Assembly (NCBI RefSeq): GCF_001194135.2
Contig: NC_068996.1
Location: 13,309,192 to 13,373,191, forward strand
Length of the DNA stretch: 64,000 bases
From: Octopus bimaculoides
Lineage: Eukaryota
Direction of reading: 5' to 3'
In this document: positions 12,251 through 26,441 of the stretch, in pieces
Layout of the letters: each line of letters opens with the position of its first letter
Numbering within the stretch: the stretch's first letter is position 1
The notes under the pieces: model-generated
The model's database searches: none
Told to the model about the DNA's origin: nothing
Seen by the model: the letters and a program-made list of their open reading frames with translations, nothing else
Translations under genes and position numbers: made by a program

Positions 12251-12648
12251 TAATAACACACCGCGACGGAAAAAACAAATTTGGTTTAGTTATTAACTGG
12301 TGCACCAGCACAATATACAGGAGTTAAAATTTTCGAAAAATGGTCGCAATATCTTTACTAAACTTATTTTTAGCTTCATTACGAAAATAACCACTATGGC
12401 TAAACAACGAGAGCAGCCAGGGAGAGAAAGATCGTGTGGCAAACAAATATTTTCACCTTTCGTTAATTTCATGAACAGAACTCGGGTAACTCTGATCTAA
12501 TCTGGTCATCATTTCCATTATCTAGAAATTAATGACCACCACGTTATCCAATCAATAAAGGCTGAACGAGAGAGCCCCGGAGATGGCTTGAAGGTTACTC
12601 TAAATAATCCAATTAATAATTAACAATTTAACCACGGAGTGTATTTTG

Positions 12649-12650
<2 letters not shown>

Positions 12651-12685
<35 letters not shown>
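12651..12685. repeat. (AG)n microsatellite
   Basis: Seen directly in sequence. Confidence 0.95.
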
Positions 12686-12688
<3 letters not shown>

Positions 12689-12786
12689 TAAAATGTTTAT
12701 TAAATATGTGATTTTAATTATATATGTGTCATGAAAGAAACTCTCAGAATTCTTTTAGGTCATATTTGCAAATATTTCAGAGTATT

Positions 12787-12847
12787 GGTGCAGGCACTGT
12801 TGTAAGGTAAGAAGTTTACTTCCCATGGTTCCGGGTTCAGTTTCACT
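12787..12847 (+). mobile_element. SINE family 1 head, truncated by gap
   Basis: ggtgcaggc...gtaaggtaagaagtttacttcccatggttccgggttcagt matches the 96-160 head. Confidence 0.6.
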
Positions 12848-13672
12848 NNNNNNNNNNNNNNNNNNNNNNNNNNNNNNNNNNNNNNNNNNNNNNNNNNNNN
12901 NNNNNNNNNNNNNNNNNNNNNNNNNNNNNNNNNNNNNNNNNNNNNNNNNNNNNNNNNNNNNNNNNNNNNNNNNNNNNNNNNNNNNNNNNNNNNNNNNNNN
13001 NNNNNNNNNNNNNNNNNNNNNNNNNNNNNNNNNNNNNNNNNNNNNNNNNNNNNNNNNNNNNNNNNNNNNNNNNNNNNNNNNNNNNNNNNNNNNNNNNNNN
13101 NNNNNNNNNNNNNNNNNNNNNNNNNNNNNNNNNNNNNNNNNNNNNNNNNNNNNNNNNNNNNNNNNNNNNNNNNNNNNNNNNNNNNNNNNNNNNNNNNNNN
13201 NNNNNNNNNNNNNNNNNNNNNNNNNNNNNNNNNNNNNNNNNNNNNNNNNNNNNNNNNNNNNNNNNNNNNNNNNNNNNNNNNNNNNNNNNNNNNNNNNNNN
13301 NNNNNNNNNNNNNNNNNNNNNNNNNNNNNNNNNNNNNNNNNNNNNNNNNNNNNNNNNNNNNNNNNNNNNNNNNNNNNNNNNNNNNNNNNNNNNNNNNNNN
13401 NNNNNNNNNNNNNNNNNNNNNNNNNNNNNNNNNNNNNNNNNNNNNNNNNNNNNNNNNNNNNNNNNNNNNNNNNNNNNNNNNNNNNNNNNNNNNNNNNNNN
13501 NNNNNNNNNNNNNNNNNNNNNNNNNNNNNNNNNNNNNNNNNNNNNNNNNNNNNNNNNNNNNNNNNNNNNNNNNNNNNNNNNNNNNNNNNNNNNNNNNNNN
13601 NNNNNNNNNNNNNNNNNNNNNNNNNNNNNNNNNNNNNNNNNNNNNNNNNNNNNNNNNNNNNNNNNNNNNNNN
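12848..13672. other. Assembly gap (N run)
   Basis: ~825 N. Confidence 0.99.
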
Positions 13673-13952
13673 NCATATACATGCATAGCACACACACAAA
13701 CAACACACACACGCACACATACACAAACAACATGTACACACACACACACACACACACACGCACACTTGCACAGATGCATACCATACACACACACACAAAC
13801 AACACATACACGCACAAGTACACACAAGCAACACATACACAACAAACAACATATACATGCATAGCACACACACAAACAACACACACACGCACACATACAC
13901 AAACAACATGTACACACACACACACACACACACACGCACGCACGCACGCACA
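13673..13952. repeat. Compound CA-rich repeat with an internal ~70-bp duplication (period ~177 bp)
   Basis: catatacatgcatagcacacacacaaacaac...catgtacacac occurs at ~13673 and at 13850. Confidence 0.85.
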
Positions 13953-14233
13953 CTTACTGGTCCAATGTACGCTTGCTGGAAGATTCCGCTCCAAATGTTG
14001 ATCTTCAATGCCAATGTTTTATGAAGTGGAAATCAATCGTCTCCCTTGAAGAGGGAGATATTGCGTTTTAAATGGAGACAAAATAATATCGTAATTTCAG
14101 TTGTGAAATTACCTCTATTACAATGTAAATCTTATGTTTCTTTACGTTCCGTTCTCAAGACTTGGATTAACCAAAGAAATGTCAGATTCTGGTGCCACCA
14201 AAAATGTTTTAAACTAGTATAACACTGATTTGA

Positions 14234-14266
14234 ATGCATATGTACACACATATATACATCTATATA

Positions 14267-14298
<32 letters not shown>

Positions 14299-14338
14299 AT
14301 GTATATATTTATATATATATGTAACACAGGAATATATA

Positions 14339-14372
<34 letters not shown>

Positions 14373-14443
14373 AATGTAAGTATATATTTATGTGTATATG
14401 CTTCTCTCTATATATAGATGCATATATATAAATGTATATATAA

Positions 14444-14522
<79 letters not shown>
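14234..14522. repeat. (CA)n/(TA)n microsatellite block
   Basis: Seen directly in sequence. Confidence 0.9.
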
Positions 14523-14529
<7 letters not shown>

Positions 14530-15031
14530 CTATCGTAATAACACGTTGGAAATTTGTCGAAGTATATATATGAAAATAAACACAGGCTCCATTATTATTT
14601 TTCTCCGGAAATGTAGCAAGATTCTTCGCGGAAATATGTGTATAGATTCATACGTTCGTACCTCACGTTTACTACCACGTGCTAAATTATGCACTGTGCC
14701 GAATAGAGCTTATATTTACACACAGTGGAATTGTTGATACTTTTTAAACCGCTGGCATTTGCTGATACAAGTCGAAAATGAGACAAAGCAATAAACAAAG
14801 ATGGAACAACAAAAAATAACCCAGTTCTTCTCAGATGTGTTCTATCTCTACAACCGAATTCGCCCAGCTTTCAGTACTAAGTATAAGTAACGGGTTTCAG
14901 GAATAAATAAGAAACATTTCGCGGTTATAGCAAGAATATCTCCCCTCGGAAGATTTAAAGGAGAGCTCGATGTAACAGAAAAAATTCAAATTTGAGAATG
15001 TTTATGTATATATATCATATTTTATACATAT

Positions 15032-15411
15032 TGTTGGCACTCCGTCGCTTACGACGTCGACGGTTCCAGTTGATCCGATCAACGGAACAGCCTGCTCGTG
15101 AAATTAACGTGCAAGTGGCTGAGCACTCCACAGACACGTCTACCCTTAACGTAGTTCTCAGGGAGATTCAGTGTGACACAGTGTGACAAGGCTGACCCTT
15201 TGAATTACAGGGACAACAGAAAAGGAAGTAAGAGTGAGAGAAAGTTGTGGTGGAAGAGCACAGCAGGGTTTTCCACCATCCCCTGCCGGAGCCTCGTGGA
15301 GCTTTACCTGTTTTCGCTCAATAAACACTCACAACGCCCGGTCTGGGATCGAAACCGCGGTCCTATGACCGCGAGTTCGCTGCCCTAACCACTGGGCCAT
15401 TGCGTCTCCAC
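15032..15411 (-). mobile_element. tRNA-derived SINE, family 3, with 12-bp TSD
   Basis: Reverse-complement head gtggagacgcaatggcccagtggttagggcagcg...ggtttcgatcccag (A and B boxes). ttttatacatat at 15020-15031 and 15412-15423. Confidence 0.9.
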
Positions 15412-15954
15412 TTTTATACATATATATGTAGACAAGTATGTATAATTGTATATGTATATAAGTATGTATGTATGTTTATCAAATGTAAAAATAGATTAAG
15501 GATCTATGCGAAATAATGTGTAAGCTCTCTGTGCAGAAAACAGACCAGGCTAATAAAATCAACGTAAGAAAGATAGAGAAATTTATGTAATCCAAAGTAA
15601 ATAAAGCGTCACGAGTCTATTTGGAAATCCAAAGTTTAGTAACCAAGAAAAGTGATATGGTGTAACAAAGGGCCATACAAAAGGTGCAAAATTAATGGAT
15701 GTTTAAACGTTTTATTTCAGCTTACATGTATTTCCGATAGGGTTGGAGAATCATAGTTGCCTAAGACAATAATCAGATTTATTAATCAATTCCAAAATCG
15801 ATCAGTTGAATAAAGCAGAGAACGTACTTACTCCATTTATCTTCTTTAGAATTAAATGATACTGGTTACAAGCGAGTATAGTTAACCGAAATAAAAGTAG
15901 GAACTAGGTCAGCTATATTAAGCGTGTATTCAGCATTTACTTGATCGGTTAGTC

Positions 15955-16385
15955 CAGTGATTCTCAATCGGGGATCCATATGATCCATGAGGGTCCCGAT
16001 TTTGTTGTTAAAATTTATGTACAATAAATTGGTTATAATTCTAGAATATACAAAATATTTTAATAATTTTTAGAAATACAATCCCTGGATGGCTTTATAA
16101 CTTCTAAAATGACAGAAAAATTTGTCAGTCGGCAGTTAAGCTTAAAAGTAGAGCACTCTCATCGGGTATTAGAGAGATGTGAGTTCGATCCACATGGCTG
16201 GTTGCCAACACATTTTTCTGCTCTTAAAGAATTTTATCCTATATATACAGCTCTATCAGTATTTACGATTTGATTGAAAAAATAAAATAGGATGCTTTTT
16301 ACAAACAACGAATAGCTATGGAGGTCCAATAGAACAAAATAGTATTCAAAGAACCCCTTAAGTAAAAAATGGTTTAGAATCACTG
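15955..16385. mobile_element. hAT (Charlie/MER5-like) non-autonomous MITE, ~430 bp
   Basis: TIRs cagtgattctcaa / ttagaatcactg. Candidate 8-bp TSD ggttagtc / gattagag (5/8 identical, decayed). Confidence 0.65.
16131..16207 (+). pseudogene. tRNA-like 77-nt unit (non-canonical cloverleaf) inside the MITE
   Basis: Acceptor-like ggcagtt/ggttgcc+a, D-arm-like gcttaaaagtagagc, stem ctctca-tcgggta-ttagag, T-loop gagttcgatcc. Five extra nt before the 3' acceptor strand. Confidence 0.4.
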
Positions 16386-16676
16386 GATTAGAGGGAAGGC
16401 AGGCTTAGATAAAAAAAAATAAACATAAAAGTTCTTATTAAAAAAAAATTGAAATTCGATATCCCGCTATTTGGTTCAAGGTTGTGACAAATATTGTATA
16501 GATCATATTCAGATAACTATTAATTGCTGAAGAATTAGTAGCGAGAAAGATATTATTTAGATCAGGATGTGAATAAATTCTCAATCATTAAACCGGACCT
16601 TAAAATAGCAAATTGAAGACCGGCGGAACTATTTATAACAAAGACAGCAATATATTATTCATCACCAAGTAAAATG

Positions 16677-17045
16677 TATGTATGTACGTACGTACGTACG
16701 TTCGTACGTATGTATGTATGTATGTATGCATGTATGTATGCATGTATGTATGTATGTATGTATGTATGTATGTATGTATGTATGTATGTATGTATACATG
16801 TATGTATGCATGTATGTATGTTTGTATGTATTTATGTGTGTATGTATGTACGTACGTATGTATATATACGTATATAGTGTATATATACACACATATGTAT
16901 AAATGTACGTGTTTATACATATCTATAGTGTATATATATACTCAAATATATACACATGTATATATATGTATATATATATGATATATATATATATATATTT
17001 ACATATATATATTATACACACACACACACATATATATAAATATAC
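16677..17045. repeat. (TATG)n/(TACG)n and (TA)n microsatellite block
   Basis: Seen directly in sequence. Confidence 0.9.
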
Positions 17046-17525
17046 ATTAGTATGTATATTTGTTGTATCATCTTATCACAGAGAAATTTAATTATTCTAC
17101 TTCATTGAACCAATTGTTAAAATCTTTCACGAAGAAATATCGTTATATCTACAAAATACTTAAACCTAGCACTAGTATTACTCCGAACATCAACCTATCT
17201 GTCCACATGGGTGTATGCTAAACACAGCGACAAATATAAGTAAATGTCACTCATATTTCTGAACACACACATACACAACACATACACACACATATGTAGC
17301 TGTATATATATATATGCATATATGCTTATGATATATATATATGTACAGACACACCCATACATATATCTATATATACATACAGATTTAAACACCCACACAC
17401 ATACACACATATTGTTTGTTTTATCACATAGTTTATCTTAAATTCCCTCACCAATCTCCCCATCAAAATTTCCATTAGAAATTTACTGATCAGAATGATA
17501 AAAACAATTAATAAATAGGAACAAA

Positions 17526-18605
<1,080 letters not shown>

Positions 18606-19147
18606 ATAAATATATTTAAAACAGTTCATGTAAAACAAGTGAAAATTAGCCCTGTCTTTGTATTTGTGATTTTAAATATAACGGAGACAATCTATTAACC
18701 GTTCTCTCAAGAGGTGTGATTTACCACACATGAAAGGAACCGATAATTGTTCTAGCAATTTCATTGTTTTCTAATCAGAAAAATATTTGAAATTACTGTT
18801 AATAATTTGCAATCACTTTTTAACAAAAACGTTCCTTGATTAAATACAGATCCTGCTCATCTACCAATGTGTCATGATATAGATGCCCCAGTATTCCTCT
18901 GTATCATTATATATGTGAATAAGAAAAAAAAATATTATGTAGGAACATGTGTATGTGCATAAAAACACTCTTTCTCGCCCTCTCATACACATATACACAC
19001 AGACGCAGATACACAGACACACACATGCATACACACACATCCACAGAAATGTATTATCTGGAATTGTTGATTTGTTTGTGGGAAACAACTAATCATTCAC
19101 AGGAAGTGATACTCTCTGCATGTCGTAGAATAAGCTTTATTGATCGC

Positions 19148-19169
19148 TCTCTCTCTCTCTCTCTGTATA

Positions 19170-19248
<79 letters not shown>
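19148..19248. repeat. (CT)n(AT)n(GT)n compound microsatellite
   Basis: Seen directly in sequence. Confidence 0.95.
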
Positions 19249-19252
<4 letters not shown>

Positions 19253-19658
19253 AGAGGAGGGATGTGAACTTCCAGGCAGATAACAGTTTTCACTATGTAA
19301 AGTTTCAAGGCCAGTTGCTTCCGATGGTCCGTTTTAAGGTATACTCTTAAAAACTACCATCCGATGTAACAGTGTATTTCCTGGCTATATTAGTTATAAG
19401 AAAAACGATGAATTTGAACATTCAGATTTTCCGTTTGGTTTATTCATAGTAATTGCCTAACATGTGTTTCGGTCATATCAATTGCAAATTGCTGCACATT
19501 TATATGCATGGATTTATGCATAATTTGTACGATCATTTCAGAGTGAAAAATGGCATTGTTCAAGGAGGAATTCTCCCCGTTATTAGTTTAAATGTTTAAA
19601 TCAGGCTTCGTAGTGGTAGTAGTAAACCATGTTGTTTTACGATAGGTTCCTATTCACA

Positions 19659-19665
19659 ACTCATC

Positions 19666-19707
<42 letters not shown>
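19659..19707. repeat. (TA)n microsatellite
   Basis: Seen directly in sequence. Confidence 0.95.
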
Positions 19708-19711
<4 letters not shown>

Positions 19712-19914
19712 CGCCCTTTGACAGGTCTTATTTTTCGTCCTGCAGAGTGTCCGAGAATCACCCTCCTCACCAAGTAAGCTTCGTGGGGGTTGCCAATTTT
19801 GTCGCCGACAGCCCGACTATGCAACAGGTTGTGCTGGGTTACGTGTTACCAGCAGCACTCAAGAGCGACCTGACATAAAGGAAGAGCTCATGAGTAGTGA
19901 ACAGCCATCCTACG

Positions 19915-19967
19915 TTATATGTACATGTGTGTATGCATATGTGCGTGCATATATATGTATATATACG

Positions 19968-19998
<31 letters not shown>

Positions 19999-20675
19999 GT
20001 ATATATATGTATATAAGTACATATATATATATGTATGTATATACATATGCATATATAATATAGATATATATACATATATAATATACATATATATATACAT
20101 ATATAATATACATATATATATACATATGTAATATACATATATATATACATATGTAATATACATATATATATATACATATATTATATACATATACATATAT
20201 AATATACATACATACGTACACATATATATATAATATGCATACATACACATATATAATATACATACATACATACACATATATGATATTCATACATACACNN
20301 NNNNNNNNNNNNNNNNNNNNNNNNNNNNNNNNNNNNNNNNNNNNNNNNNNNNNNNNNNNNNNNNNNNNNNNNNNNNNNNNNNNNNNNNNNNNNNNNNNNN
20401 NNNNNNNNNNNNNNNNNNNNNNNNNNNNNNNNNNNNNNNNNNNNNNNNNNNNNNNNNNNNNNNNNNNNNNNNNNNNNNNNNNNNNNNNNNNNNNNNNNNN
20501 NNNNNNNNNNNNNNNNNNNNNNNNNNNNNNNNNNNNNNNNNNNNNNNNNNNNNNNNNNNNNNNNNNNNNNNNNNNNNNNNNNNNNNNNNNNNNNNNNNNN
20601 NNNNNNNNNNNNNNNNNNNNNNNNNNNNNNNNNNNNNNNNNNNNNNNNNNNNNNNNNNNNNNNNNNNNNNNNNNN

Positions 20676-20713
<38 letters not shown>
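19915..20713. repeat. TA/CA-rich simple-repeat block containing gap 20299-20675
   Basis: Seen directly in sequence. Confidence 0.9.
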
Positions 20714-20717
<4 letters not shown>

Positions 20718-21419
20718 TCTGTGTGTGTGCGTATGGGGTAGATGGGGCTCATTAGCTGTGTTGAAGGCAACTCTTCTAGAAGGACACTCTGACATAAAAC
20801 CAGGTTATTGTAATGAAGGTCCCCTTAATTGGTTGCACTATCAAAGCCATGAGTGTTTGATGGGAGTAGATTGGGCTCCTGTTTTCAAACGAAGCCGTGA
20901 TTAAGACAATCAATATAGGAGAATAAAACTCTGAATTCAAAGTGACTTACCACTTGCCGTCTCATTTTGAGTAAAACCTAGGAGAAGATACTCCAATATA
21001 AAACCTGCAGTCAACTTAATACTAGACATCTTGCTGTACTTGTCACTGGAATCTACTATTTTGACCCAGAGATTGGCAAAAGTGTTGTACAAGCGTTTGT
21101 CACTGAAATCCAATGAAATACCAATGTCCCGATAAAGCACCATCATCCTATGATCATCAGCTTTCAAAGGTTCTATGGCGATAGAGGGGTGGCGATGTAT
21201 GCAGACTTGACCGTTTGGAAGTATACAGTTACAAATCTGCACATAAAGCGGCAAAGTTCTTATCTTAACATTGCTAACATATTTTCATGAACAGGAACTG
21301 TTTTCGGTGGAGAATCTTGTGTCTAAGCAGCCCTTTTAGAGAGAACACTGCTCGTCTGATTATACTGGGAAGGTGCTAGAAAAGGTGCGCTAAAAATTGT
21401 TAGTATTTTTTCTGCTGGT

Positions 21420-22805
21420 TAGGTCACTGCGGCTAACGGTGTCTCAATTTAGCAGGAATGAACAAAAAACTGATATAAACAATGATAACAAGTATGCAAG
21501 GGATAGGGTTTCTCTTAACCTGGCCTGTTAGAATGTAAGAACTCTTTTAGATCGAGTGAAAACAGAATAGCTCTTGTAACTAAGGAGTTAAGGCGTCTTA
21601 ATGTTGATATTGCAGCTCTTTCTGAAACAAGATGGTCAGATGGAGATCATCTTGTAGGAAGAGCAGCAGGTTTCATATTATTCTGGGTTGGGAAGCGAAG
21701 GGAGAAAAAAGGGAAGCGAAGGGAGAAAATAGGGAAGGGGATGTTGAGTTTGTAATCAGAACTGATTTGCTAAAGGACCTGGAACAACCACAAAGCATAA
21801 ACAAACGTATAATAACACTCTGGATCCCTGATTCTTGCGGACGTTTTGTAACTGTTTTTTCTATTTATGCTCCTACACTTTCAGCTAGTGAGGAAAATAT
21901 CCATGCATTTTATGTGGAGCTTAGAAGAGGTATTCTGTCAGTCCTTTTGAATGAGAATTTGGTTGTGCTTGGTGACTTTAATGCACGTTTTGGTAGAGAC
22001 GATGGTGCTTGGAATGTACTTAGGCATTATGGAATATGGAAGGTGAACAACAATGAGTTGCATCTGCTACAAATGAGCTCTGAGCAAGAGTTGGCTGTTG
22101 GAAATACTTTCTTTCATCATAAGTTGATGCATAATGTTACCTGGATTCACCCAAGATCAAAGCAAGGTCACATGATTGACTTTGTATTAACTCGGAAAGC
22201 TGACTTGCAAGATTTCTGTAGTCTCAGGGTATTGTGAGGAGCTGATTGTGATACTGATCACAAAATGGTTACAGGTAAGATCAAGTTCAGGGTTCACAAG
22301 ACGATTCGTAGTGCAGGTGTACATATACCAAAAAGAATTGATGTAGAGCAGCTGAAACAACCACAAGTTTTTCAGTTATTTCAGGAGAGATGCAGCAATG
22401 ATCATTTTGATGGTTCATAGGAATCTTTGCGAGATGGAATATATAAAATAGGATCAGAGGTGTTAGGTTTTAAGAAGAAACAGCGATGAGACTGGTTGGT
22501 TACAATGATATGGTGTTAAATGAGCTTTTAGAAACAAAGAGATCCACTCATGAAAAGCTTCATGCCCCAAACGTAAAGAACAAAGTGCAACTAGAAATGT
22601 TGTACAAGTCTCAGAAAGCAGACTTGCAAAAAGAACTCAAGAGACTTAAAAGACACTTAGTGGAGAAATTTGTCTGAGGAAGTACAGGCCAGCCTATGGC
22701 AGGAAAGACATCAACAGTTTTTATAGTTTATTGCGGTTAGCTTTTGAACCCCAATCTTTGTCATATATTCTTCAGAAGTCAAAAGATAGAAAGGAGGCTA
22801 TTAAA
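21420..22805 (+). mobile_element. RTE-clade LINE 5' part: apurinic-endonuclease domain and linker, RT absent
   Basis: LAC*NVRTLLD, TALVTKELRRLNVDIAALSETRW, VFSIYAPTL, LVVLGDFNARFG, LAVGNTFF, TWIHPRSKQGHMIDFVLTR, *GADCDTDHKMV. 20715-21420 may be its 5' UTR (unsupported). Confidence 0.9.
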
Positions 22806-22807
22806 GA

Positions 22808-23236
22808 TCCTCTGGGATATGCTTATACATACCGATAGAAACATTAAGGGCCGAGTTCTTCAAGATAAAAATGCTTTTTAATCGATGTATCAATACATGC
22901 AGATAAAAATGTTTCTCTAAAATACAAAGATCTGGAAATAGAGGTGACTCGAATGTGGAGCCTAATGACAGAAATAATTCCTATTATAGTAGGCGCACTA
23001 GGTATGATAAATATAAACATTCAAATACATAACAAAAGTGCTAGGACTTACAAGTATATGTAACATACAGAAAATAGCACTACTAGGCATCGCACACATC
23101 CTACGTAAAACACTTTCAATACAGTGGAAATAAGAGCACCACACCAGACCACAGCACATATCCAAGGCACACAGAGCTACCTTCGGTAGTGCAGTGAAAG
23201 CACGTGATAAAAGCAAGACTACTCAATAATAATAAT
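22808..23236 (+). mobile_element. Dong/R4-type LINE 3' end, subfamily A copy 1, short (AAT)n tail
   Basis: LWDM...FLIDVSI...KYKDLEIEVTRMW...IPIIVGALG...QKIALLG; 3' UTR shared with 26290-26385 and 26900-27000. Confidence 0.85.
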
Positions 23237-24835
23237 GAGAGAAAATTAGGAGAGAAGATTACGAAAGTGATTAATATTAACTCAGTGCTAAAAATAAGAT
23301 AATAGGTATAAACACGCTAGCCATACCAGTCATAAATTACAGCTTCAAAATAATAAAATGGAAGATTAGTAAAGTGAGAAACTTAGATAAACCAGAAAAC
23401 TATTAACAATATACCGAAGTCACCACCTCAAAGCAGACGCAGGGAGAATATATCAACCTCCCTCGAAAGGAGGAAGCTGCCTTAAACAAACGGATAACTA
23501 CTACAAAACAATAACAATTGGACTAGAAAGTGGAAAACTACTACACGTAATAAAGCAACACGAGAAAAACGAAAAACAAAAACGTATTTCCTTTTCCACA
23601 AGGACAAAGCACAAAACAGATACTACACTGATATACAGATCTCAGATGACAACATAGTAGAAGTGGTCAGAGACAAAAAAACAAAAAAAAAAAAAAAANN
23701 NNNNNNNNAAAAAAAAAAAAAAAAAAAAAAAACCAAAAAGAAACCCCAAAAACTTGAAAACAGAACTGCAAAACATACTAAAGAAGAAATGGAGAGAAAA
23801 AGCACTCTATGGCTAAAACCCTGCAAGGCTTCTTGGAGAGAGGAAGTGAGCCTAAGCAAAAACCAACTATGGTTCAAAAGCACTGGACTAATAGCTAAAA
23901 CGGAGGGACTGATTCTCGCTGCACAAGATCAAAGCCTGACCACGAACAACTATGAAAGCAAGATAATGGAAACAAGCCCTAACACCAAATGAAGAATTTG
24001 CAATGAGCACAATCAGACAGTTGACTACATCACCTTTGGCTGTCTATCCTTGCCAAATCTGAATATATATGCACAAACATGACCGAGTAAGTAGTTGTAT
24101 CCACTTGACAATATGTTAATATTACAACATAAAATCTGACAATAAATGGCAAAAGCGTGTGCCAAACAAGGTACCTGACAACGACTAGACCACAATTATT
24201 CGGGATATGCCTGTTCAAACTATCAATGAAATAAATGGTAATCGACCAGACATAAATAATCAAGGAATGAAAAAAAAAAACACCTGCTTACTGATCGACA
24301 TAGTAGACCCTTCGTCAAAGTACAAAGTCCTCGAAATTGAAGTATTCAAGATGTGGAGCATGAAGGTAAAGACAATACCAGTAATAATTGGATCATTGTG
24401 CATGATAAAAAAAAGTTTATGAGCAAAAACGTAGGAACTGTAACTGGACCCTCAACACTAAAAATTTTCCTCCTAAATAGGAACATCCCACATCATACGC
24501 AAGATATTATCAATTCAATAATACACCCCCACAAAAAATAAGCAAACACAAGACACACTCACTTTAGCAAATATCCAATAAAATAAACAACCACCAGCAG
24601 ACTAGATATGTAACAGAAGAAAACTACTCGCATGACACACCAACACATAATACAAGAACTACTACAACAAAACACTGCAAAAGATCCCATAACAAAAGAA
24701 ACAGATGCAATACAATACTAGGAAGAGCTTGCGCTCCCCCAACAATAAAAATGAACACACAATGCTGCACATACCCTAGCAACATGGAGGTGTAGCAGGT
24801 GATGCAGAAAAATTTTGCCTGAAACTACGAAATGT

Positions 24836-24880
<45 letters not shown>

Positions 24881-24900
24881 GATAGATAGATAGATAGATA
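23237..24900 (+). mobile_element. Dong/R4-type LINE 3' third, subfamily B, (AAT)n(GATA)n tail; poly-A with small gap 23699-23708
   Basis: KIIGINTLAIPVI, AKTEGLILAAQDQSLTTNNY, a CCHC remnant (~23995-24050), RDMPVQT...GNRPDI, MWSMKVKTIPVIIGSL. Tail at 24838-24900. Confidence 0.85.
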
Positions 24901-26382
24901 GCAACATCACACTAGATAAAGCAAATGAATAAGAGAATTCGACCAAAGCCAGACAAACAAATACTTAGGAATCAGTGAACTAGATACGATACAACACACA
25001 GAAATGAAAGAGAAGATAAAAAGGAATACTATAGACGAGTTAGACTAATACTGAAAACAGAGCTCAAAGCGAAAAAGAAGAAAATAGGTATCAACACTCG
25101 AGCTGTCCCAGTTATAAATTACAGCTACAATATTATTAACTGGATTCTAAACGAACTAATCAAAATAGACAGGAAAACAATAATGACAGGATTTATGATG
25201 CACCACCCAAAATCTGACAAACAAAGGCTATATATACAACGTATCGAAGGTGGTAGAGTCCTTATACAGCTAGAAAACAATTACAAAATAACCACCATAG
25301 GACTACAGAAATACCTACTTGAGAAGCAAGGAAGACTAATACAAGTAGTTACAAAACACGAACAAAATAAAACACTGTTTTCAGTCTTTAAGGAAACTGA
25401 CAAATACAAAAAAGAAAGTCATAGTACCTACAGACTATGAAAAAAGAAGGAAGAAACAACAAAAGCTGTAAAACAACTGAAATCCAGAATAAAGCTGGAA
25501 CAGCAATGCATCATGATAAAATGACGGCAAGAAAAGCCCCCTTCATGGCAAATACTGGGTTAAACTAAACGCAAAAGAAATAGACAAAGGGAAATCCCAG
25601 CAATGGCTGAGAAGTTCAGGGCTCAAAGCAGTGACTGAAGGATTTTTAATTGCAGCATAAGACCAAAACCTTGCCACCAGAAATCACCAAAAACACACAA
25701 GGAAAAGAAATACAAGTAACTGCAGAATATTTGGTGATGAAGAAGAAACAATAAATCATATTGTCTGTGGCTGCCCAGTCCTGGCTAAGAAGCAATATAT
25801 TCACAGAGACGACAAAGTTGGGACCTATATACACAGGAAACTATGGCAACACTATGGAATAACAATAGAAAAAAGATAATATAGGTACGCTCCAGAAAAG
25901 GTCACAGAAAATGAGAAAGCAACCATACTATGGGATATACCAATATACACATAGAAAAATTAAGGTCAAAAAGCCTGCTATCATTGTCAGAGATCACCAA
26001 GAAAAGTGCTTTCTAATCGATGTATCAATACCAACAGATGGCAATGTTTCTCTAATAGAAACGGAGAAAATTTCAAAATACAAATATCTGGAAATACAGG
26101 TAACTCGAATGTGGAATCTAAAAAGACAGAAACAATTCCTATCATAGTAGGTGCCTTAGGTATAATAAAAAAATATTCAGACAAATACATAACAAAGACA
26201 CCAGGACTTACAAATATATATAACATACAGATAATTGCACTACTGGGTACTGCACACATGCTACGCAAAACACTTTCAATGCAGTGAAAATTAGAGCATC
26301 GTAACAAACCACAGCACTACCCAGTGCACACAGGGCTGCGATCGGTAGTGCTGTGAAAGCAAGTGCTAAAAATAAGACTACA

Positions 26383-26441
<59 letters not shown>
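24901..26441 (+). mobile_element. Dong/R4-type LINE 3' third, subfamily A copy 2, (AAT)n tail
   Basis: YLGISE, MMHHPKSDKQRLYIQRIEGGR, KAVTEGFLIAA*DQNLATRN, KKPAIIVRDHQEKCFLIDVSIPTD, TIPIIVGALG. Tail at 26384-26441. Confidence 0.9.

Noticed and set aside
12755-14014. Longest ORFs in the track (287-419 aa), and similar ones at 17326-18538, 19910-20795, 30974-31713 and 59675-60074
   Set aside because: They consist of N runs (X) and translated microsatellites (VC, HT, YI, poly-I/L/P/E). No real coding signal.
21632-22237. 201-aa ORF as a host endonuclease/phosphatase gene
   Set aside because: It is the APE domain of an RTE LINE, with stops and frameshifts on both sides.
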